Of a DNA stretch of 64,000 nucleotides, positions 63,625-64,000 are shown piece by piece (the stretch's first letter is position 1; every line of letters begins with the position of its first letter). The DNA comes from a virus (lineage: Duplodnaviria > Caudoviricetes). The stretch is from IMG/VR virus record IMGVR_UViG_3300031998_000024, positions 1-64,000 of that record; one strand, written 5' to 3'. Below the pieces are notes generated by a model. That model was not told where the DNA came from. It was given only the letters and a program-made list of their open reading frames with translations, and did no database searches. The position numbers and the translations under genes were made by a program.

Positions 63625-64000
63625 ATGAAAATTTTAATATCATCATTTACGATAGCAAAACAAGGTGGGATAGTTCAATATATCCATTCGATGATTCAAG
63701 CCTTTAAGGAATTGGGTCATGATATAGATATTGTTGAACTTGCTCCTAATCGTATTACAGAAAGTGCATACAAGAGTAAGTTTGAATCCATAAAGAGTGG
63801 GGAATATCAACGCAAGATAGTTCCCCATTCTCAGTCAGGAGGTTACTGCTTTGATGAATCAAGCGGTTATTTTTTCAACACTTATTACGGATATTTTTTG
63901 CCACCGAGTAATAAAATTTGCGTATTTGATTCTGATGCTGTGGAGCGTTGGTATAAACTTGTTTCAGATGTAGATATTATTCTTTGGAATTTTATGCCAA
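63625..64000 (+). CDS. GT-B (family 4-like) glycosyltransferase, partial
   Basis: MKILI...GGIVQY...AFKELGHDIDIV N-terminus; frame open to the window end. Confidence 0.65.
   Translation, partial: MKILISSFTIAKQGGIVQYIHSMIQAFKELGHDIDIVELAPNRITESAYKSKFESIKSGEYQRKIVPHSQSGGYCFDESSGYFFNTYYGYFLPPSNKICVFDSDAVERWYKLVSDVDIILWNFMP

Noticed and set aside
1-64000. Genome-wide TAG-to-Gln recoding
   Set aside because: Long genes are intact under code 11, and TAG stops at 5020 and 40598 abut or overlap the next start; only 47364 looks anomalous
1-64000. tRNA, rRNA, integrase or transposase genes
   Set aside because: No cloverleaf-like intergenic sequence or recombinase motifs recognised by eye; a tRNA scan would be needed to exclude them fully

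Overview
A 64-kb segment of a large dsDNA myophage. It is almost entirely + strand and uses the standard genetic code. The head/tail module looks SPO1/Twort (Herelleviridae)-like: prohead protease-scaffold, major capsid, neck, sheath, tube, chaperones, tape measure and baseplate at 20.2-44.6 kb, with the portal displaced to 54 kb. A canonical Bacteroidetes TTTG-N20-TATCTTTG promoter and Bacteroidales-type accessory genes point to a Bacteroidetes host. The left part holds a 27-bp tandem-repeat gene, a Cys-rich cassette of unknown function and a diversity-generating retroelement (DGR). The DGR has a 2141-aa target with VR 13930-14049, TR 14157-14276, no avd, and an RT frame broken twice at the same AAATTT hexamer in the same phase. 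The most interesting unexplained pattern is five dispersed genes that share the tag K-(ARS)GVYADTPENRKLGRVGQQYG. The tag sits right after leaders rich in hydrophobic-x-K-[A/S/G] motifs, which also occur throughout the protease/scaffold and in the capsid leader, portal, MuF and other proteins. Each tag is followed by a different payload domain, and the DNA shows module shuffling, so this is a candidate modular capsid-loading/ejected-protein system. Also seen: a three-copy Ig-like + WDGM...DGGxA module (one copy interrupted by an in-frame TAG), DNA-hypermodification-type enzymes, a MuF-InPase fusion, a probably inactive amidase in the lysis cassette, and a GIY-YIG homing endonuclease. All functional calls come from motif recognition and synteny; no database searches were run.
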